This document shows positions 33,231 through 45,954 of a stretch of 60,389 nt of DNA, in pieces. The first letter of the stretch is position 1, and the number at the start of each line of letters is the position of its first letter. A program made the translations under genes and the position numbers. The stretch covers positions 1,302,001-1,362,389 of the forward strand of contig AP026133.1 of the NCBI GenBank assembly GCA_030295235.1. The letters run 5' to 3'. The stretch is from Fistulifera solaris. Lineage: Eukaryota. The notes under the pieces were generated by a model, which was given only the letters and a program-made list of their open reading frames with translations, did no database searches and was not told where the DNA came from.

Positions 33231-36200
33231 TTACAATCGATTCGGTGCCTTGATTATTCGAGTGCGACTGCACAAGGGCCAAAATCTTGTTTCCTTACCC
33301 GCCTGTTGCAAATCGCCACTGGGCTTCTCATCACACACAGATACTGATGCGATACTACCCTCATCGTCACTGTCCTCTGAACGATTCTGCGTACAAAAGT
33401 TATCGCAAGCGTCGAGAGCAGGGTCGAAAACCCGAAAACATGGATCTAAACTGTCCATGTATTGACCGGAAATCACCGCCCTCTTCGCTAGTTTCAGTTG
33501 CTTCTGAGTCTGTTTTCTTTCAACGTTAATTTGCTCCTTTTGAAATGTGTCCGTCACCTGCTGGTAGCTTATTTTGCCGGGAACCGTAGCAAGCCGGATA
33601 ACTGTGTTCCTCTTGTGCTTCGGGAGTTCTAGAGTTGAGCTTGCTGAGAGGACGAGTTGAACATCCCTAAGCTGTTTTGGACCAGTATTGAAAGTGGGTG
33701 TTTTGTTACCTCGTGACAGTTTCGGAGCCGCACTCCAAATGGATCGCTCTTCTATTTCGTTCTCGTCGTCGTCTCCCTCACTTACTTCGTCTTCCTCTTC
33801 CAATGGCTGTTCTATTAGCCTTCGAAGATGCCCTCCCTCATCTACAATTTCAATTCCTTCCCCTGTGAATGCTCGTGCAGACTGTGTAGTCTCTTTCAAA
33901 ATTCGGAATTGTTTGTTCGAATTCCCCCCAAGCTCTGCGTTGAATGTAGACGGCTTCGTGTCTTTGCGTAATTGTTTATTACTGGCGTATCGCCCGAGAA
34001 AAAGGAGGACATCATTTGCGACTCCTCATCATCGTGATTGCCCTTCTTTTTCCTCCCTAACCTGTTCAATGCGCCTATAGCGTTGCCTCGTTTACTCGAT
34101 GCAGTGTTGATGCTTTCTTCCTTGACCATACCACTATCTTCGCTCTCCTGACTTGCTGAGGTTACATTTCTTTTCGCTTGCTTTGGCGAAAATTCAATGT
34201 TACGGATTTCGGCCTTTGTAAATGGTTCATTATTCTCACTCTCTTCCCAGTTCTCTGTGACGTGGCGCTCACTTCCCGTTTTCGTAAAATACTCAAAACC
34301 ATCTAAGCGACCACCAGAGGGCATCACATTCCGGTTACTGTTGCTACTCATGTTATGGTATCCGTTTCGCACAGAATATTCATCAGTTGCTGGAACTTCT
34401 GCATTTACATTGCAGTTGAGCTGGCGTCTCAAAGATTGAAGTGCAGCAATCGTATCTTTCGCGGGGTCTTGATGGCATTCCTTTTGAATTTGATTTCCCG
34501 AAACAAGCAATTCGTTTCTCTGTTCCACAGGATACTCATCCTGCTTGGACCTTTTCTCTTTATCCATAGTGTTGTCACTGGAACTGTCGCACGCGAATCG
34601 AGTTCGAAGCAACTGAATTGCGTCGTAAATTCTGTATCCAGTATGTTGATATTGACGTTTGCCTTTACCAAACTCATCACAATCTTCCCATTCTAGACCC
34701 ACAGGGCTCGCTACATCACTGAATCTTCCCGCCATCGAACTTTTATTCGATTGTAAACTGTCGTTCAACCTCTGGGATGGAACATCTTCGTCTTTACGAT
34801 CACACGCTGAATCCATGGTGTTCCATTCTCTTTCTTCAAACTTCGTTCTCAGTAAGCCGGTCTGGCTTTTTGCGTACTTTAAAGCTTCCGAGACTGGTGA
34901 GACAGGAGTCCGTTTCTGGTCGTGTTCATGATCGAGTGTTTTCGCAACGCAATATGAAGCTCCTTTGACGTCTTGAACTACAGCGGCCTGGTTACTGAAC
35001 GCTGCCTCTGACGCCACGTGTTTTAGTTGATTAACAGAGAGGCGGATATCAGGGGTGCCTTTTTTTAAATCAGAAGCATCATCAAATTCAAGTCGGAGTG
35101 CCGAGCTGGCCGGAAATTCCGACCCAGACTTACTTATAGTGTTCGACTCCCGTCTAGTCAGTTGCAACGGCTCATGACTTTCCAATAGCTTTGGCCTGTG
35201 TGCCATACTGTTTCCTGCCACAGCAGACGAGTTTTCTGTCAGATCATCCGCCAGGCTCACACTCTTCTCGTCATTGTCGTATTGCTTTTGCAGCATAGAC
35301 TCGTCTTTCGATGACGCGTTTGTTGACAAAGGTGGCACAGACTGTGCGCATGAATCGTCGTTTTCGGCCGCTACTTTTCTCGGACGACGATACTGTCCGA
35401 ATAGTCCGCCCTTTTTGTCACCACAGAGTTGTCCGTAGCACAGTCCACGAGCTTATCGCCCTGTGACGGAGGTGGCAGTGGTAGAGGTCGCGCATCTGAT
35501 CTTTCGATTTTCTTTTTCGGTTGATGATTTCGCTCCAATACGCTGCGCTTTTTTGTCATTACCGACGAGTTATCCGTGGCGCAATCTACGAGACTCAGGC
35601 CGCGTGACGAAGCCGCTACATATTGTGCATCAAGTCCTCCATTTGCCACTCTTCGGTTCTGTTTGAATATACCGCGCTTTCTTGAAGCCACAGACGAGCT
35701 CTCTGTTGCACAATCCATCAGACTCACGTCCTTTACATCGTGGTCGCTCATGTGCAGTGATTTAAATTTGACGTTGTCCTTTCGATGCGTGCGTTGCTTT
35801 TCTATCAAGTTTTGAATTTTATATGTGGGTTCCTTTACTAGCGTGGTTGTCGATAAAGGCAGTTTGGATTGTGTGTCTACTTGTTCGTTTGTGATCATGC
35901 TTTCATTCGATCGATGGTTCTGCCCGGATAGTGCATGTCTTTGCATCAACACAGAGGAACCACCCGAATCACAATCAGCTAGACTTGCATTTTTAAATCT
36001 TTTGTCGTTTTGAGGTCTTTTGCAGTTTTCTATCGCAACCTCGCAATCACTCACACTTGCAATAATCGAAACACTGGTATTGCCATCGTCAACTGATAAT
36101 TTCTCGTTTCTGGCAATAGAAGCTGGACCATCAATGAAATCGCGCCGCGAAGAATCATCAGTTCTTTGATACAGAGGAGGTCTTCCGAATAACGGCTTGT

Positions 36201-36717
36201 TTTTATCGTCAAATCCAGTCATGGGCATATTGAGGTTTTCCGTCATTTGGTCGAGTGATTTTGATCTGACAACTTCAGTCACAAAGCTGTCGTTATTTGT
36301 CAGAGTTGTCACGACAGAGCCACTAAAATCGCTTCTCGCATAGTTTGCTTTGCTCGACCTAGGACGAATCCGATGTAGCAGTCCCTTATTCTTTCGGTTG
36401 GTCGCCTTGGTAGATAACAACGAAAGATCGGCTTTTACTGAACAGTGATTGCTGCTCTCGTCTCTTCCTCCGGTTTTAAATGCCCCCCTCGTATCGTCTA
36501 CGCTGTTCATAACCGAGATTTCTTCCGCTATTTCATCATGATGGTCTTCGAGCTCTGTTCGCGAGTCGTCCACGATATCCTCGATTCTTCGCAAATTTTG
36601 ATTGTTTCGACGTTCCTTCGCTTCCACTTCAGCCGACGATATTGCACATGGAATTACGGCAGCTTTGCTTTCTGTAAAGGAAGCCAAGTACTCTGCATCT
36701 TCGGCCTTGATTACCAT
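33231..36717 (-). CDS. Large disordered Ser-rich hypothetical protein; three abutting ORFs, probably one gene
   Basis: ORFs 35371-36717, 33896-35338 and 33231-33899 lie end to end on the same strand with similar composition. Confidence 0.55.
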
Positions 36718-37725
36718 CTTGCCCGTCGTTTTGATTTCTGGAGGAACAACCCCACAAAGGATTTGTTTGGTTCGGCATGTGGTGCAAACCGCGAAATGTT
36801 CGTATATTGTTAGGTGTGGAAAATGATGGCCGTAAGTAATTCTAAAAAGCGATACCGTTGGTTAATGACACTCGTCCAAAGTGAATACAATTTTCGCCAA
36901 CGTCGTAAATTTTTCTGTTGTATGCTGTCACATTTCGACAAAGACCCCTATACTGGTAGTCAAATTAAAGACTGTACAAGAAGTAGTAGTCTATCTTGTC
37001 TACGACGACCGCCTCAGGACTCAAATGCAGTCAAGGAAATGTTACATTCCACATCCACATTCAATTGAAATCAACGACACTCCTCCTCCCGAGGCTTCGT
37101 GACGTGAAAGAATTGCTGCGTGGATTGCATCGTAGTTGCTTTGCATACAGATGCGTCATGATAAAGAATAGCAAATTGAACTCACCATGCTAGGTTTACT
37201 GGACAGATCGAAATCGTGATAAAGGTCGCCAACATTCTGAGCTACAGTCGATACATAGAAGACAACAATCGGCCGGTTTTTTTTTCCGACAATAATAGCA
37301 TCATGCTTTGCATTGCAATTATTATTGACAAAACATTGCGTAGCACATACGATGGTTATTAGATTGCAGTCCGGCTCGAAAACGAAATTTGGTTGAGACT
37401 ACGTTTGGGTCTGTAAAACCTGGTAGATTCCGAAGACAACGACTTACTTCCAAAGCTTTTCGACGTGAAGTACACCCAAAGATGTTTCTGCATAATTTAC
37501 AAGCTTTGTTTGCCAAGCTTGCAGAATGAACGATGGTTTGGCTGCAGTTCGCCTCAATGATTTTTGACTTATGGCTGAAATATACATTCGTTTGTTTGTT
37601 AGGCCTACCAGGTATCGTTGAACTGAAGTGTGGACGAAGATTCCGGCGAGGTTTCGCTAGTACTACTACTGCGATAACGAGCTTTCGAAACTTGAGTCTC
37701 TCTATTCTTTCGATGTTTGTCTTAT

Positions 37726-40119
37726 TTATGTCTTCGTTATGCAGTATTGAGCACAAAGAGAGTTCAGACTGGCAAGAAATGGATTCATGGCAGTATCGTC
37801 GAGTGTTGACTTGAGATATTCAGGAGACGGGTCAGGAAAAGTTTCTTCTACAATTCCGCTATCCTCACTGGGTAGCATAGACAACTCAGCATTTCTGGAT
37901 TCGGATCGATGACGATCTAGATCTGAGAACGAATTGTCGTCTTCATCTCCAAATGATAAGCCAAATAAAGCCTTTGCGGGACGAACTGGTGGAAGTCGCG
38001 GACTGCAAAAGTCACCGAGGCGCGCAGCATTACCGTTCTTTGTTGTGCACTCCGATATCTCTCGATATTCGTTTTCGGAAGGGTATGGCTGAAGCTCAGA
38101 GGCGAAAGTGTTTTCGTCAGAAAAGTCAGCTTTAACGCTTGTCGACAGAGGGTACCGTGTTGTAGCACTTCGATCATAAATTGTTTTTATTTTGTCCTCC
38201 TCTACCGCGGTTGTATCAGTAGACATTTTTCTCGGAAATCTGTTTGGCGAACAAATAGAGCTGCTTTCTTCTCTACAAACTTGACTTGAAATGGCATTGG
38301 TTGACTGTCGAGCCTTCAGACACTTTCTAACTTTCTGTTTACTCCTCGAGAATAAGCTTGCCTTGCTAGCAACTGAATTGATTTCGCCAGTTCTATCCGG
38401 TATTCTGACACGTCGATTATCAAAAGATTCCGACATTGTGCGCGATCGATGTGAGGTAACGGGAGACAGACTGCGCCCGACATTCCGACTAATTTTCTTT
38501 GTGGAATTGTTCGAACACACTGACTTTGGATCGTGCGTAGCAGCGGTAGCTTTTCCGTCAACCTTTCTTCTTGCTACTCTCAATGCCATCTTACGTCGAG
38601 CTGTCTTTATTGAAGCTGGACTTTGCTTTGCTGCATATTCATCCGGAATGGAAATGGTGCTTTGATCTTCTGAAAAATCCATTTCAGTCAACTCAGATGT
38701 AACGTTTTCGATCACGTTCGAAGTTACCGTGATAGTCGGTCTAGTGGACATGCGTGGATCGTGCTTATGCTCAACCGTCGTGTACTCGGAAATTAAGGGT
38801 AGCCCTCGCTCTGGTACACTGCAAAAGGATTGAGCTCCTGGCCTGTGTTGTAATATCTTTTCCTTAATCTTTTTCGGAACCAAGCTTCCCAGCATCCTGT
38901 TTGCCCTGACTCCGTTGAAACTTTTGCTTCTGATAGAATTAAAAGTCGTCAATGAGCAATCGTCATCACAGTCATCGTTTCCTTCATCTGTTTCTCTATA
39001 AGCACAAGCTTCGACTTCAAAGTCGCTTGCTATTGTGCTCATTCCCCGAAGAGACTGGTCACTTAAAGATTGCAGCTGGCGGAGGGAAAAACTTTTTTGT
39101 CCTAAAAAGCTTTCGATATCCCGGGTGTCTATCGCCTTCTTTGCAACTCTCGGGGCTGATTCGACATAATCGGCTGGACAAATATACTGCCGACGAAAAG
39201 GCGACGAGGCTGGCGAAAAACTCTCGTTCCCATGTGGATATTGAGAGCATCGAAACTTAACGGCGGCGTCGTTTCTGGGGTTACTTTGAGTGTAGCTGGA
39301 TTGCGGTCGGGTTGGTAGACGTGAGTCGCTTTTTGGCAGTTTTTCATCACCCCCTAGCACATATTGCTTCTCCGACGTACGATCTCTTTTGGTCGTGTAC
39401 CCGTTTAGAATTTTTCGAAAATTAGTCCCACGATCTTTATTTAAGTTGTTGACGGCGACTCTTTGAATTACCGATGGAGCAGTTTGAACAGATGTCAGGG
39501 AATTTTGGGAAGTCACAGAGGGATGCCTTCGTTTCGACCTCGTTCTCACTTTTCGCTCGGGGAACGCATTGATGGATCCGTCGTCTAAATCTTCTGCAAA
39601 TCCTTTGATGGAGACGACAGATGAGATACTACCGACAGCGTCCGAGAGGGGGGAAACCTCATTGATATCGGTAGGAGAAGAAGGATCGACGACACGCACG
39701 AGATCAGGCCGTGAAGGACAAACTCTTAGAGAGTTCGAAGGCCGAGCTGGCGCTAGCAGAAGCGGATTGTTTCGCGATGATACAAGATTTCTTCGTCGTG
39801 ATTGTCTTGTGTAGGTGTATTGTGAATCGTCTCTGCCCTGATACAATTTATCCTGCGATTCTGGAGCATCACGCTTTTCCACGGCGCTTTCCTCTACAAA
39901 TCTGGACCCAGGACGTTGGCTGTTAGTTCGAGTGGCAGAACTAGAATCGATCACAGTAACTCTTCCAGGTTTGTAAGGGTCATATCGCATTGATGTAGAA
40001 GACTGCGCGGAGACTAACGGAACATGCTTGTCTGGAAAACGCTTCGTTTCGACAGAATGATCTATCGGCCCGTTGTGGCTCGGAATGTCCATTTCTTCAG
40101 GAAGAACTTCCGGTTTCAT
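37726..40119 (-). CDS. Hypothetical Ser/Arg-rich disordered protein
   Basis: 797-aa uninterrupted ORF; no domain recognised. Confidence 0.65.
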   Translation of the reverse strand: MKPEVLPEEMDIPSHNGPIDHSVETKRFPDKHVPLVSAQSSTSMRYDPYKPGRVTVIDSSSATRTNSQRPGSRFVEESAVEKRDAPESQDKLYQGRDDSQYTYTRQSRRRNLVSSRNNPLLLAPARPSNSLRVCPSRPDLVRVVDPSSPTDINEVSPLSDAVGSISSVVSIKGFAEDLDDGSINAFPERKVRTRSKRRHPSVTSQNSLTSVQTAPSVIQRVAVNNLNKDRGTNFRKILNGYTTKRDRTSEKQYVLGGDEKLPKSDSRLPTRPQSSYTQSNPRNDAAVKFRCSQYPHGNESFSPASSPFRRQYICPADYVESAPRVAKKAIDTRDIESFLGQKSFSLRQLQSLSDQSLRGMSTIASDFEVEACAYRETDEGNDDCDDDCSLTTFNSIRSKSFNGVRANRMLGSLVPKKIKEKILQHRPGAQSFCSVPERGLPLISEYTTVEHKHDPRMSTRPTITVTSNVIENVTSELTEMDFSEDQSTISIPDEYAAKQSPASIKTARRKMALRVARRKVDGKATAATHDPKSVCSNNSTKKISRNVGRSLSPVTSHRSRTMSESFDNRRVRIPDRTGEINSVASKASLFSRSKQKVRKCLKARQSTNAISSQVCREESSSICSPNRFPRKMSTDTTAVEEDKIKTIYDRSATTRYPLSTSVKADFSDENTFASELQPYPSENEYREISECTTKNGNAARLGDFCSPRLPPVRPAKALFGLSFGDEDDNSFSDLDRHRSESRNAELSMLPSEDSGIVEETFPDPSPEYLKSTLDDTAMNPFLASLNSLCAQYCITKT

Positions 40120-40852
40120 TTTTCCTTGATCTTAGTCTCTTTGCAGCACAGACTTTCTCACCTTGGAAGATGCTGAACGTCACGCTGCGCTTTCGTTTCA
40201 AGACGAAATGTGCTGAAAAATTGTGATGGAGAGATATTTGTTGTGCGTTGTGCGATAAAAGATGAATACGTTGCGAATCCGTTGCTACTTCATTTAAGTA
40301 GTTGGACCTCGCCAACGTACATTTGCGAGTACCGTACTGTCATCACTTTTTGCAAGTCTATGGTGTATGACTATTTAAAGGTAAGATACCGGTACTGGTT
40401 CCGGTACCAGGTTACGTGGTAGTCGCCTGGCGCCTCGCGCACATGATTTTCCTAAAATGATACTGGTACTGGAGTACTGGAGTACCAGGTACCGGTACCG
40501 GTAGTCTTCTCCGTACTCCAACGGAATTTAGCTCAAAACCTTAACGCGGATCAGCTAAATCATCTCAATAGAGGTGTGCTCCAGACTACAGACTGCTGAC
40601 ACGAATTAATTAAGTCTCTCGTCGGAACCTTTTTTAAAAAGATCAAAAGATAGCCGCCACATGTATGCTCGCAGTGTCGTTAGATGAACTTTTAAACGAG
40701 AACAAATGATTCGCTATGGGTGTCAAAGTCGTCATTCATCGTATGGCACGCTGGAGCGGTCATATTTTAACCCTGTTAGCCCTGACATTTTTTAATTAAA
40801 TGTTGTTGCTGGTGCCCATTGGCCGAAACTCATTTCCCATTCTTGAATTTTT

Positions 40853-41896
40853 TCAACAGATCTTTCCACAAACAAAGAAGTCCACTGCCCGATCAACCGT
40901 GCCAATGCTCTCTAGAAAAGCATGTCGTTCCCTTCGTATACGCTCATCCCTCCCTTTAGTCTTCCTGAACGAGTGCTTTGCAGCCTCTTTTGCACTATCA
41001 AGCATATCGTCGAATACCATTGATTCATTTTCGGGAATGGCATCAAGTATTGATGTAGTCGGCACTCGTCTTACAACGTTCCGGCCCAAAACTGCTCGTG
41101 CTTGGTCTGTATGTTTGTGTGCATTCAATAATTTTTGCATTTCAGCAATGATCTCTTTCGGAATCACGGCATACTCATCAATGTCGCTAGCTTTGCTCTT
41201 TTTTTCGACGACTGGAGTCGACTGCCCAAATGGTCCTATCGTTTCGAAAGGGTGAAATGATTCGGATTGACATTGTGCTGAAACTGCTGGATCGCATCGA
41301 ACGTTTAACGGCGTAGTCCGCTCATTTCTCTTCGGACTGACAACAGAAGATCGTATTTTTGACATTTGTTCTTTGATCTGCAGTAATAGACATAGAAGTT
41401 TCTCGCGCTTTTCTTGCTTTTGCTTGTCAAACTGCTTGCCTGTTTTCATAGTGTCGCTTTGTTTCTGTAACTTTTGAATCATGTTTTCCAAATATGCATC
41501 TAAATGCTTCGCCTTCCAAATACTTGACAGTGCCGGGTCGCCTTTTGCAGGACTTTTCAGTTCGTTTTCATGGAACGAAATCGCAGCATCCGCGTACTGG
41601 TCAATGGAAGCCTTCGTCATGTTCGAGTTTGACTCTCTCATTCTCCGACGATGTCTCGACGCCATTGACCTGGACTGAAGGGACGTTCCAACCGAGCGAT
41701 ATGTGTCCTTTGCGAGTTCTCTCATACCAATTTCCTCATCCCTTTGGTCGATAGTCTCTTCTCGATTGTCGAAATGAAACTGTTCGGTCTTCCACTTTTG
41801 CTGCAAATCGTCCAATGCACCCACCGTTTCGACAGTTGTTCGTTCCTTCGGAGCTTTTTCCGCAGCTTTCGGTGTTCCTCTTTTTGCTTGAGCCAC
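40853..41896 (-). CDS. Hypothetical coiled-coil-rich protein (5' end may extend)
   Basis: 347-aa charged ORF; overlapping upstream ORF 41722-41994 may be a frameshifted 5' part. Confidence 0.55.
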   Translation of the reverse strand: MAQAKRGTPKAAEKAPKERTTVETVGALDDLQQKWKTEQFHFDNREETIDQRDEEIGMRELAKDTYRSVGTSLQSRSMASRHRRRMRESNSNMTKASIDQYADAAISFHENELKSPAKGDPALSSIWKAKHLDAYLENMIQKLQKQSDTMKTGKQFDKQKQEKREKLLCLLLQIKEQMSKIRSSVVSPKRNERTTPLNVRCDPAVSAQCQSESFHPFETIGPFGQSTPVVEKKSKASDIDEYAVIPKEIIAEMQKLLNAHKHTDQARAVLGRNVVRRVPTTSILDAIPENESMVFDDMLDSAKEAAKHSFRKTKGRDERIRRERHAFLESIGTVDRAVDFFVCGKIC

Positions 41897-42537
41897 TCTG
41901 ATTTCTCTTCCATGCGACGCCTAAAGCTCTTGTGGGTCGGAAATTGACACGACGGTCCTTCCCTTTCCATGATCAATACTTTGTACGAACTCACCAGACG
42001 TGCTTTCTATGATGGAAATTTTACAAGTGATTGCTGGATGCCGGCAATCGTCACTGATACAAAGTATCGATGTCTCTTGAGCTTTCTTTAGCGACGCAAT
42101 AATCGTAAACACATCGTGTTTTTACAGATAGAGGCCGCTGGACGTGATCCAAAAATCAAATATGATGATGGTTTGTTTTGGCGTCGTTTCTCAATTCTCA
42201 ATTCTCGTCCTTTGCGAATCCGTGAAACGGCTTTTAACGCTAGTCATATAAATAAAAGGACAAAAGCGGTACTTCAACGTAAGTATAGAGAACGAATAGT
42301 TAAATGTTATGAGATATTCACGGTTTATCATATAGACGGATTGTTCATACTTAAATGGAAACCGTTAAATATAAATCGCCAACGCCCTTCGCCTTCTCAC
42401 TTTTTTCCGAAGCGCGACGAACGCCAACACACAAAACTAACTCTCTCCGAAGCGTTTGGCGACAGCACACATCGTAGAAAAGTCGAGAAATACCGATTCA
42501 TTCAAGTCAGTCGCGACAGATTGAAGATAGTAGAACC

Positions 42538-43284
42538 ATGGTGATCATGAACAATCTATTTCGTTATCATTCACCACGAGCAGATGCGGCGACCTCTCCG
42601 CGTCGCAGCAGTGCCACTGTCAAGAGCGCACCTCAGCTGCAACAAAGTCGTGACTTTTTCGACAAAATGTCACGTTATACTCGAGCTAGTGATCGGAAGA
42701 ATGTCTTGAAAACGCTGAACGAATGTGGCGTACTCAAGCTAGTAGCACTGCCATCCAAACCTGCATCGCCTTCCAATGAATTCGCTTGGAATATGTTGGA
42801 AGAAGAAGTATGTCGAATGCGCTTTGATATCAACGGTGTTCCTCTCGGACCCGGGTGCTACTGTTCGAGCGTTTTCGAAATTCAAAAAATTCTAAAGACG
42901 GTGTGTGCCAAGCTAGCAGCCCGAACAGAATCTTATTCGGCGGATGAACTATACCGTGAACTCATTGTGCGAATGGCAGAGTCAAATACTCAAGCTGACT
43001 CGCACCGTGCCCTAGATCCTCTCATGGGAAGTCCGCAACTCCAGCTGCAGGTACCTCCCAGAGAATCTGCTATCCACGAACCACACACGACAGTTTCCTT
43101 GTACGAGGCCAATGGTCATCTACATTTCGTGCTTGATACGTATCATACATTCGGTTTGTTTCGAAAATTAGACTTGGGAAGCGACAAACCATGGATCAAA
43201 ATCACTGCAGCTTTTCATGAGAGATCCAATCTTTGTACCGGTACAGCAATCCGTAATATTGCAATCCATTTGCCTCAGAAATAG
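42538..43284 (+). CDS. Hypothetical globular protein
   Basis: 248-aa ORF with protein-like composition. Confidence 0.6.
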   Translation: MVIMNNLFRYHSPRADAATSPRRSSATVKSAPQLQQSRDFFDKMSRYTRASDRKNVLKTLNECGVLKLVALPSKPASPSNEFAWNMLEEEVCRMRFDINGVPLGPGCYCSSVFEIQKILKTVCAKLAARTESYSADELYRELIVRMAESNTQADSHRALDPLMGSPQLQLQVPPRESAIHEPHTTVSLYEANGHLHFVLDTYHTFGLFRKLDLGSDKPWIKITAAFHERSNLCTGTAIRNIAIHLPQK

Positions 43285-43374
43285 AAAGCGCAGCGTAGTC
43301 TGCTTCAAATGACGTAGTAGTCTTATGTGTTTGTAACAAAAGCAAAGTATTAAAATGCTTAGAACTTATTTGCA

Positions 43375-45520
43375 CTATGGCATATCGTCGCGGTCGGGAA
43401 CTTGATATCCGCCGGCAATATCTTCCATGTGGATGGCGTGATACATTTCGCTACTCACATTCACGTACTGCGACATGTAGGACAGCTGACCTTTAATCGC
43501 GTCGTTCAATGCATCTACACCAGTCTTCTCAATCACTACAATACAAGGCAAGTTATTGGTCGTTCGAACGACGTTGCAGCGTAGTAGGCGATATCGACCA
43601 CTCAATTTACGAACAATTCGCGTCAATTGCAGTCCGCGCAAAACCAACATGACAATACGTCCTTTGTCTTTCAGCACATACCAAGCTGTGCGTAGGAAAA
43701 TCTCGTACAAGGACTGCAAGTCGTTTACATTCTTTGAACCTGTCATGACACCCCATGGCAAGTTAGACACAATAGAGTCCACAGATTCATCTTGTAAGTG
43801 TTTACGCAAAGCGCGAGCATCGGTGCAGTGAATTTCACAAGATCCTGGAGGACAATTTTCAGCCCGAGCGTTCTCTCGCGCTCCTCGGGCGCTTTTGCCC
43901 GATACATCCATGCCAATACATTTGACTTGTTGTCCCGTCATCTCCATTGCTTCCAACAATATAGTTCCACCTCCACAAAATGGATCCACCACAAGATGTC
44001 CAGGTTGAACATTGGCACAGCGCAACATGACGTACGCTAAATTGCATTTGATAGTGACACCATTTCGAAATCGAGTAAAGTGACGGCGTGCCATTTCTTC
44101 CACATTCAGTTGTGTTCCTATCATGACGACGTTTCCCACGACATCGACACGAATGTGAACGTCAAAGTCTTCCATCCGAGGATGACACGTGTCCTTGTAA
44201 TATTCCGACAAAGCGCCTCCTATTTCAAATTCGACTTGCGGTGCTCGAAATACATGAGGTCCACCAATTCGGTCGCATGAAACACGGAAACTGCATTTGT
44301 TAGGACCCTGTAGATTCGGAATTTGAGCGTCGCCTGTGACGAGCCGGTGCTTGTAGAACTGATACAATTGTTCGCCATCGATGGTAGCAGCATCTTCCTG
44401 GATGTCATGCAAGTCAAAATGATCGTGATATTGCATCAAATGGTGTGCCGATCGCAGCTGCAGCAATTTTGCGACGAGTGCGGTAGATGAAGACGAGGCC
44501 GATGCACGCAAGTCAGATACTTCGTCGTTTCCAGGTCGCTCATTACGACAAATCGCGACGTACCCCGCAGCATCCCATGGCCGAGGAATAGCCACCCAAC
44601 AATCAAGCATTTCACTGTCAGAAAATACACACTCCCAGATTTCCGAGACAGTGTATTGTTCCGCACCAATGTTAGTCCGCACGGTGTAAACAACACGATT
44701 CAGAGAGGCGTCCTCCTCAAGTTGCGGTGTTGTCGATAATGCATCCCCAAAAACAACCACACGACCTCCGTTACCCTCCTGGTCATCATCTGGCTGATAA
44801 ACACTAGGAAGATTCCCTAGCGGCAGATCGGTCATGCGCTGCAACCACTTGTCACGGCGTTCATGCTCTTGTTCACCCAGGGTATCGTGACCGTATTGTT
44901 TACAACGAAAGGTAAGATTGATGCGTCCTTCGGTAACGTTCGTTTGTCTGGGAATACTGTGCACGTACTGCTCTTGACAAATGGGTTCCATAATCACTAA
45001 GGAACCGTGTTGCAATGCGAGTGTGTGCTTCTCGAGCCCCTGCTTGGCGCGAATGCTAAAAGACCGTGTCGCACCCAAACTGATGCTCGCAATCGGCGTC
45101 GTGCGACCAATTTCTTCTCGATCGCAGTGCCAGCCGATTCTCTGCTGTCCGTCTTGATAAAAATTCAGTAAACATACGTTAAACTGAACATTTGCGTTAT
45201 TCTTTTCGTTATACCAAATTTCGGCTTTTTTGTGAGATGGCTTTAATAGTTTCGGTAAAAGGTTTGCTTTGTTCTTGCTGCTGCTGTTGATGAGCTTGTG
45301 GATTGTCGCGATACTTATATGCGTTGCTGTTCGAACTATTGCTTGCTAAATCATTCTCCGGCTCTTCGTAAAGAGCGACCCAGCGATTGATCTTCGCGGT
45401 TTTCTCCCACGGCGTGCCGTTCAGTAATTGTTGATAAAAACGATCAGCATCTTCTAAAGGCAAAAAGTGTTCATCGTGATAGACACAAGGAATGTTTAAA
45501 GGTACTTTGTATTCTTCCAT
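43375..45520 (-). CDS. AlkB (ALKBH2/3-like) 2OG-Fe(II) dioxygenase fused to THUMP and Trm14/TrmN-like RNA methyltransferase; frameshift in a homopolymer at ~45228
   Basis: FNVCLLNFYQDGQQRIGWHCDREE..IASISLGATR..YVHSIP..RINLTFR; THUMP SFRVSCDRIG..EIGGAL..IRVDV; MTase VVDPFCGGGTILLEA, GMDV and IVSNLPWG. Confidence 0.85.
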
Positions 45521-45954
45521 CTCTTACGATTGTATTTACTTCGTGCAAAAGAAAAGGAAGAGAGAGAAATTGAATGGATCAAGTGAATTGCGGCCGGAAA
45601 AAATCTCGACGAATGACTTTCAGACGGCTATCCAGAAATTCTGTCTGTGTAAGGTGAATTTATTCTGTGTACAGTACCAGGTACCTGGTACCGAATTCTC
45701 GAGACGGTGTATTCCATCATACGGAAACTCTGGGTAGGTTTCCAGAAATTCTGGATACGGTTTAATCATGCAGGAATTCCTTGTACTTTGAAGATAATCT
45801 GGAAAACAAGGCCAACTTCCCAGGCATCAGTGTAAACCTTACCAGCCAGTCATTAGCTCCCTCTCCCTTGGTCAAAGTAATGGATAGAGAGAGTTTACAA
45901 ATAACACGGGAATAACGATGGTACTGAAAAGCATAATGAAATGGCAAATATTAT

